NCBI GenBank assembly: GCA_963843915.1
Contig: CAWJMH010000008.1
Coordinates: 141,409 to 205,408, forward strand
From: an uncultured Solirubrobacterales bacterium
GTDB lineage: Bacteria > Actinomycetota > Thermoleophilia > Solirubrobacterales > Solirubrobacteraceae
Direction of reading: 5' to 3'
DNA: 64,000 bases
Below, in pieces: positions 58,582 through 64,000 of this stretch. The stretch's first letter is position 1, and every line of letters begins with the position of its first letter. The notes beneath the pieces are model-generated. The model was given only the letters and a program-made list of their open reading frames with translations. It did no database searches and was not told the origin of the DNA. A program made the translations under genes and the position numbers.

Positions 58582-59096
58582 GCGACCGCCCGCCTGTCAC
58601 GGCGACTGTGCGCGCTTCCGCTCCGCCGTGTGCGCGAGGCTCTGAGCGGGGTGAGTATCACCACGGCCGCCGCGGGTGGCCCACAGCCGGCCACGCGCGC
58701 GACAACGTCGATCCCGGGATCACCGACCGTGCGCAGCTCCACGCTGGTGGCGAACCTCGACCCATCGACGGTGTACTGGACGACGTCGGCGAGATCCACG
58801 TGATCCTGGTCGGCGCGGCACACCAGGAACTCCGCGAGGGCGACGTCGACGGCCGCCGGCTCGTCGACCATCAGCAGGACCTCGGCGCGGCGCGAGACGG
58901 CCTGGAGGCGCAGATGCGTGTCGACGATCACGAACGGCTCGTAGAAGCGCGGTTGCAAGCCCGGCGGCGCGTGTAGAACGGTTCCCATCTCGCAGCGCAT
59001 GCACACTCGATGGGCCAGCGATCGCCAGCGGCCCATCGGCGGATACCCGCAATAGCTACAGAACGCCCGGCTCAGATCGGCGCGCGCTGCGTGCAT
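58578..59096 (-). CDS. Hypothetical protein: CxxC..CxxC Zn-ribbon plus PAS-like domain
   Basis: FCSYCG..RVCMRCEMG, FVIVDTHLRLQAVSRRAEVLL, CGPPAAAVVIL; stop overlaps the anti-sigma start. Confidence 0.65.
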   Translation of the reverse strand: MHAARADLSRAFCSYCGYPPMGRWRSLAHRVCMRCEMGTVLHAPPGLQPRFYEPFVIVDTHLRLQAVSRRAEVLLMVDEPAAVDVALAEFLVCRADQDHVDLADVVQYTVDGSRFATSVELRTVGDPGIDVVARVAGCGPPAAAVVILTPLRASRTRRSGSAHSRRDRRAVA

Positions 59097-59401
59097 TCTC
59101 GCTCCTTAGGAGTCGCGTTGCCTGTCGCAACGCCCCCGCAAGCCGCCGAGAAAGCCGCCGCAGACGCGCCATTGCGCCTTCGCTTCCCGAACCCCGCCAG
59201 ACCTCGCCGCAGGGCAAGCCCCGATCGGCATCCAGGTCGCCCAAATCTACTCCCTTTCGGGCAGGTGGCAACCGAGAGCGCTCGCCGGTACGATCCTCCC
59301 GAGTCCGAAGTGGGCGCTCTGGCTGCGGTCTGGGCCGGTGGCGGCCGAGTATCCGCAGCGTCAGTGAACACCGCACAGCACCAACAAACCGAAGGCAGGG
59401 C

Positions 59402-59842
59402 ATGACCGCCGGTGGCCCGGAACCCGGGCCTTTGCCGCTGGTCGGCGGCAGGCTGCTGGCGGAGATCACGAATCGGATCGTCGCGCTCATGCGCGAGCAC
59501 TACGGCCGCGGACCGATCAAGGCCAAGACCTACGTCCTCGACAACCTGATCGTGTGCGTACTGAGCGACGGTTTCACCGCGATCGAGCGCACGATGGTGG
59601 AGGGAGGCGAACCGCACCGCGTGCTCGACATGCGCCGCGACTTTCAGCGAATGATGAAAGAGCGGTATAGCGCGATGATCGAGCAGCTCACCGGGCGCAA
59701 TGTGCTTGCGTTCCTGAGCCAGGCCCATATCGAGCCCGATCTCACGATCGAGATATTTCTGATGGACGGCCCGGTTCCGGGCTTCGGCGCATTGGAGCTC
59801 GTCGACCCGGCAGCTCCCGAGAACGCCGGCGAGGATCTGTAG
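59402..59842 (+). CDS. DUF2294 (MpsC-like) protein
   Basis: ITNRIVALMREHYGRGPIKAKTY, FTAIERT, IEQLTGRNVLAFLS..PDLTIEIF. Confidence 0.9.
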   Translation: MTAGGPEPGPLPLVGGRLLAEITNRIVALMREHYGRGPIKAKTYVLDNLIVCVLSDGFTAIERTMVEGGEPHRVLDMRRDFQRMMKERYSAMIEQLTGRNVLAFLSQAHIEPDLTIEIFLMDGPVPGFGALELVDPAAPENAGEDL

Positions 59843-60085
59843 GGCCGCAGGCTGAAGGCGCGCCGCCGGTCACGTGCGCTCGCCCGGATCGGTACTCGCG
59901 TGGGCCTGGCGGTGGCTGCCGCGGCAGATTTCGACTAACCTGGATCTCCTCGAGGCAAACTGGCGGAACGCTCGTTCGGCCGGGCTGATTCGACCAATAG
60001 GAGCTTGCTTCCCATGGCGGTCTTATGGCGGCCCGTGGGGGTGGTGCTCTTTGGAACGTCAACCCCCTGTATCGGAGCGGTCATT

Positions 60086-61138
60086 ATGCCTTCATCGGAT
60101 TGCGCGCTTGGGCATGAAGAGCTCGCTGCGTACGCTCATCCCTCTCTCAGGCGAAGCGTGCTCGACATCGCCACTTCCGTTGTGCCGTACCTGGCCCTTT
60201 CCGTGCTGATGTATTTCGCACTTGGCGTCTCGTATCTGCTGGCGCTGGTACTGATCCTGCCGACTGCCGGCTTTCTGGTCCGCACATTCGTCGTGTTCCA
60301 CGACTGCGCGCACGGGTCGCTCCTGCCCTCCAAGCGCGCCAATCGGTACCTCGGGCGGTTTCTGGGGCTGTTCGTGATGTCGCCGTTCCAGCGCTGGCGC
60401 CACGACCATGCGATCCATCACGCGACGTCGGGAGACCTCGAGCGTCGTGGCGTCGGGGACATCATCACGTTGTCCGTGACCGAGTATCGAGCGCGGGGAT
60501 GGCGGGGACGTCTCGGTTATCGCCTGATACGGAATCCGGTCGTGATGTTCGGGTTTGGCCCCGTGATCGCGATGATGATCGGGCCGCGCATCGCAACCCG
60601 GTCACAACGTCCGCGGATGCGCCACAGCGTGCTCGGCCTGGATGCGGCGCTGCTCGTGGTCATCGTGGCGCTGTGCTGGTTGATCGGCTGGCAGAGCTTC
60701 GCGCTCGTCTGGGCGCCTTCGGCGCTGCTCGCCGGCTCGGTCGGGATCTGGCTGTTCTACGTGCAGCATCAGTTCGAGGACGCCTACTGGCAAAGCGCCG
60801 CTGACTGGAGTTACTCGGATGCGGCGCTCCGCGGCAGCTCCTACCTGAAGCTGCCGACAGTGCTGCGGTTCTTCACGGGCAACATCGGACTCCATCACGT
60901 CCACCATCTGAACGCGCGGATTCCGAATTACAACCTGCAACGGGCTCACGACGAGAACCCGATCTTCCACCAGGTTCCGACGTTGTCGTTGTGGGATGGG
61001 TTGCGGAGCGTCCGGCTCAAACTGTGGGACGAGGAGCACGGAAAGCTCGTCACGTTCGCGCAGGCAAGGCCTAAGCCGCCTGGCGCCGTCGCCGGCCCCG
61101 GACCAGCAGCGCCGGCCCGGGTTGCCTCTCGCCTCTAA
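60086..61138 (+). CDS. Membrane fatty acid desaturase (start uncertain)
   Basis: His boxes HDCAH, HAIHH, HHVHH; FYVQHQFE; RIPNYNL. Confidence 0.92.
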   Translation: MPSSDCALGHEELAAYAHPSLRRSVLDIATSVVPYLALSVLMYFALGVSYLLALVLILPTAGFLVRTFVVFHDCAHGSLLPSKRANRYLGRFLGLFVMSPFQRWRHDHAIHHATSGDLERRGVGDIITLSVTEYRARGWRGRLGYRLIRNPVVMFGFGPVIAMMIGPRIATRSQRPRMRHSVLGLDAALLVVIVALCWLIGWQSFALVWAPSALLAGSVGIWLFYVQHQFEDAYWQSAADWSYSDAALRGSSYLKLPTVLRFFTGNIGLHHVHHLNARIPNYNLQRAHDENPIFHQVPTLSLWDGLRSVRLKLWDEEHGKLVTFAQARPKPPGAVAGPGPAAPARVASRL

Positions 61139-61371
61139 GTGCCCCGCTCGCGGCGCCACTCCTGCTGCTGGCGCTCGCGTGCCGTTCGAACTTTGCGAGC
61201 CTCTTGATGCGCCCGCTCGTTGCGCTGCGCGATCTCCTTGCGGACATCGTTGAACGCCTGCTCTGCGGTCGATCGCCCAGGGCCTGGCTCTTGACGCGAA
61301 GGGCTTGATTTTTCGTTGTGCTTCGGCAAGGTGCTGCTCTCCTCGTCGCTCCGCTGGGGAGGGAAGGCCAC
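61135..61371 (-). CDS. Small charged helical hypothetical protein
   Basis: AEQAFNDVRKEIAQRNERAHQEARKVR; fills the gap convergent with the desaturase; start uncertain. Confidence 0.5.
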   Translation of the reverse strand: MAFPPQRSDEESSTLPKHNEKSSPSRQEPGPGRSTAEQAFNDVRKEIAQRNERAHQEARKVRTARERQQQEWRRERGT

Positions 61372-61550
61372 AGGAAGAGCGCGGAGCGAGGCACTCAGGC
61401 GGTGGAGGCTCCTTTGACTGTACTCCCGGTTTCAGATAGAGCGGGTTTCGCCGGCCCGTGCGCGTGAGTCAAGGCGAAAGCGTCGCCAGGTCGCCGCTCG
61501 CCGGCCTCTCCGCGCAGGGCGCTCTCCCGGATGTGCCAGCATGAAGTACT

Positions 61551-62471
61551 TTGCCATTGTTCCGGAGACGAGCGGCGCCCCTCAGCGAAGAGGAGCGTCA
61601 GTCAGCGGCGATCGATCTCGAGCGCATCCGAGGCGGGGGAATCCCGCTTGGAGCGGAGGATCGTCTGAAGCGGATCGCGGCGTCGAGGTCTCCGGTGTTC
61701 ACGAGCGATCTGACCGTCAACGAGTACGCGGTCGCCCAAGCGTCCGGGCTGACGCCGATCGCGCAGGTGATGGGCTCCTCGGTCGTCCAGCACGGCTGGC
61801 AGAACTACGGCTGGTCTTCCTTCGGTGGAGGGGTCCGCGAGATGCCGTCGTTCGCCGCGCCATGGAACCTGGTTCGCCAGCGTTCGTTCGACCGCCTGCG
61901 GCAGGAGGCGCAGTTCGCGGCCGCAGACGCCGTGATCGGCATCGAGATGAATGTCAACAGCTCGCTTGGCGGTCCGGGCAACCTCGAATATGTCGTATTC
62001 GGGACGGCCGTTCGCGAGACCGCGCTCCCCGGGCGTGACGGCTCCAGACCGCGGATGTGCACGCTCTCGGGCCAGGACGTGGACAAGCTGCGCCGCATCG
62101 GAGCCGAGACGCTGGATGTCATCGGTCACACCTCGGTGGTGTGCGTGGAACTCAGTCCGGGGGCCAATCAGATGATGAGCTCGTGGTGGGGCAACCAGGA
62201 GATGACCGAGATCACCCAGGGCGTCTACGCGGCCCGTCGACTCGCGATGGATGAGGTGAGCCATCAGGCGAGTCAGGCCGGTGCGAACGACATGGTGATC
62301 TCAACGCTCAGGCACAACATCGATCATCACGAGTACGAGAGCGTCGGCTACAGGCACCACTTCTTCATCGTCTCGATGCACGTGCTGGGCACTGCGATTG
62401 CACTTGGTGCGCACGAGCCCCATCCGGCCCCGTTGGGCGTTCCGCTTATGTCAATCAACCTCGGGGTCTAG
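61551..62471 (+). CDS. Tandem YbjQ/UPF0145 (putative heavy-metal-binding) domain protein
   Basis: FTSDLTVNEY, QVMGSSV, ADAVIGI, GTAV; second repeat YAARRLAM..GTAI. Confidence 0.85.
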   Translation: MPLFRRRAAPLSEEERQSAAIDLERIRGGGIPLGAEDRLKRIAASRSPVFTSDLTVNEYAVAQASGLTPIAQVMGSSVVQHGWQNYGWSSFGGGVREMPSFAAPWNLVRQRSFDRLRQEAQFAAADAVIGIEMNVNSSLGGPGNLEYVVFGTAVRETALPGRDGSRPRMCTLSGQDVDKLRRIGAETLDVIGHTSVVCVELSPGANQMMSSWWGNQEMTEITQGVYAARRLAMDEVSHQASQAGANDMVISTLRHNIDHHEYESVGYRHHFFIVSMHVLGTAIALGAHEPHPAPLGVPLMSINLGV

Positions 62472-62498
62472 TCCACCACCGCGTCAGGAGAACAGCTG

Positions 62499-63323
62499 AT
62501 GTCGACATACGATCCGACCAGCACCGAGGGCCTCGCCGAGCACGCCAGCGAGCGCCTGCGAATGAACGCCCGCGGGCTGTTCACGTCCGACCTCTCGGTC
62601 AACGAGTACCTGTGCGTGGAGAAGGCCGGCTTCGAGCCTGTGGGACTCGTCGTGGGGTCGAGCATCTACCACATCGGATTTCAGCAGTCGAGCTGGAAGG
62701 CAAGCCAGGAGATGGGCGTCCTGACGCAGGCGATGTACTCGGCCCGCGAGCTCGCTATGACGCGGATGGAGGAGGAGGCCGATCAGCTAGGTGCTGACGG
62801 CATCGTCGGGGTCCGCCTCGAAGTCGGGCGCTATGAATGGGGTGCGGACATGGCCGAGTTCATCGCGATCGGCACGGCGATCAAGCACAAGGGCGGCAAG
62901 GTCCACCGCGCGCCGAACGGACGTCCATTCACTTCCGATCTGAGCGGTCAGGCGTTCTGGACCCTTTTGCAGACCGGGAAGCGCCCAGTGGGGCTGGTCA
63001 TGGGCACCTGCGTGTACCACGTCGCCCACCGAGGGATGATGCAATCGATGCGTCAGACCGGACAGAATGTCGAGCTCGAGCAGTACACGCAGGCTCTGTA
63101 TGACGCGCGCGAGCTCGCGATGGAACGCATGCAGAAGGAGGCCGAGGAGATCGGTGACGGCGTTCTGGGGATCGTGGAGGTCAAGCTGCAAGCCAACAAC
63201 CACGGCTGGGGGAGCCACGTGATCGAGTTCTTTGCCGTTGGCACTGCCGTCGTCCCCAACGAGCACGCCGAGGATGGGCAGCAGTTGCCGAACATCACGC
63301 CGGTCCTCGACATCAACGACTGA
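62499..63323 (+). CDS. Tandem YbjQ/UPF0145 domain protein
   Basis: FTSDLSVNEY, YSARELAMTRMEEEA..GADGIVGV, FTSDLSGQ, YDARELAMERMQ, IEFFAVGTA. Confidence 0.9.
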   Translation: MSTYDPTSTEGLAEHASERLRMNARGLFTSDLSVNEYLCVEKAGFEPVGLVVGSSIYHIGFQQSSWKASQEMGVLTQAMYSARELAMTRMEEEADQLGADGIVGVRLEVGRYEWGADMAEFIAIGTAIKHKGGKVHRAPNGRPFTSDLSGQAFWTLLQTGKRPVGLVMGTCVYHVAHRGMMQSMRQTGQNVELEQYTQALYDARELAMERMQKEAEEIGDGVLGIVEVKLQANNHGWGSHVIEFFAVGTAVVPNEHAEDGQQLPNITPVLDIND

Positions 63324-63375
63324 GCGAATTCGCTCAACGGCGCGGGTATGCGCTGCGTGGGGGGGCAGGGATCCC

Positions 63376-64000
63376 TCACGACTCGGGGAACACGGTGCTC
63401 CAGTCGTCCTTGATGCTGACCACGGTCCACCCGTCCGAGGCGGCGCGCTCGAGCGATTTTTCGGCCCCGGCGGTGTAGGCGAACTCGCGCTCGGGATCGT
63501 CGTGGAGCAACAGCAGCCTCAGGCCCGGGCCGGTCGGAGAGCGCGTGTAGTGGAGCATGGGGATGTCGCCGTTGGAGTTGCCGCCGGCCACGAGCGGTCG
63601 TCGGCCGACACGACTCCAGATCCGCACCGGCTTAGTGGGGCCGTCGTCGAACACGTCGGGCTTCTCCAGGTACACGAGCGTGCCACCCTGGTCGTCCTCC
63701 TGATAGCTGAGGGCGTTGGAGCTGCCGATCACGCGCTCGGCGGGAATCCCGTAGATCTCGTCGGTTACCGGACGCATGAAATCGCGGTCACCGCCTGATG
63801 CGATGAACGACGTGAACCCGTTGGCCTCGAGGTAGCTCAGCAGCTCGATCATCGGCAGGAAGCCGCACTCGCGGTAGGTGCGTTCGAGCGTGGGGTGGGG
63901 TCCGCTCAAGAACTCGGAAGCGATCTGCGCGTACGCCTCGACCGTCATCCCGCCGAATGCGCGCAGGATGCCGCCCATCAGCACCTTTACGTCGGTGTCG
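63376..64000 (-). CDS. HAD-superfamily hydrolase (5' end outside the window)
   Basis: PMIELLSYLEANGF, SGGDRDFMR, GNSNGDIPML, HDDPEREFAY, GWTVVSIKDDW. Confidence 0.9.
   Translation of the reverse strand, partial: DTDVKVLMGGILRAFGGMTVEAYAQIASEFLSGPHPTLERTYRECGFLPMIELLSYLEANGFTSFIASGGDRDFMRPVTDEIYGIPAERVIGSSNALSYQEDDQGGTLVYLEKPDVFDDGPTKPVRIWSRVGRRPLVAGGNSNGDIPMLHYTRSPTGPGLRLLLLHDDPEREFAYTAGAEKSLERAASDGWTVVSIKDDWSTVFPES

Noticed and set aside
59402-59842. DUF2294/MpsC as a subunit of the Mrp-like complex
   Set aside because: It is about 9.5 kb away in a separate transcription unit, and no MpsAB-type genes are present.
63321-63336. Perfect 16-bp palindrome TGAGCGAATTCGCTCA
   Set aside because: It lies between convergent genes and is at most a weak terminator, with no other copy noticed.
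1-64000. CRISPR arrays, tRNA/rRNA genes (including tRNA-Sec), transposases, integrases, prophage genes
   Set aside because: None recognised by eye. A covariance-model search would be needed to exclude small RNAs.

Overview
High-GC actinobacterial DNA, plausibly Thermoleophilia/Solirubrobacterales (inferred from gene content). Many single-base frameshifts look like long-read consensus errors. From left to right: (1) 0-14 kb holds mixed genes: GAP protein, SDR, methyltransferase, a CP-ATP-grasp/alpha-E/transglutaminase trio, xth, a LigD polymerase domain, an aldo/keto reductase, a choice-of-anchor A surface protein and a beta-propeller dehydrogenase. (2) 14.5-30.7 kb is one co-directional catabolic operon: a Dpp/Opp-type ABC importer, an aldehyde dehydrogenase, SDRs, a Zn-ADH, an ACMSD-like amidohydrolase, an F420-type LLM and two mycofactocin-type NDMA-dependent ADHs. 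In its middle is a three-gene module the ORF track breaks up: a UGSC-motif selenoprotein (in-frame TGA at 26172-26174 followed by a SECIS-like hairpin), a 376-aa uncharacterised partner and a 72-aa NifU-C-like CxxC protein. (3) 30.7-37 kb is a divergently arranged mycofactocin biosynthesis cluster: mftA (missed by the ORF track), a truncated mftB fused in frame to mftC, mftD, mftE, an SDR, mftF and mftR, with no mftG. (4) 37-43.3 kb is a stressosome operon (rsbRST) with kinase and phosphatase outputs. (5) 44-56 kb has an FGE, an Mrp-like antiporter lacking MrpA, a deacetylase/acyl-CoA-DH/NodS/FAD-reductase/GT2-GpgS operon with SigB-type promoters, and a SigB/F sigma factor. (6) 56-64 kb has a Tat-exported ferritin-like protein, an anti-sigma factor, DUF2294, a desaturase, two YbjQ proteins and a HAD hydrolase. 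The best candidate for an undescribed system is the selenoprotein module inside the mycofactocin-linked catabolic operon.
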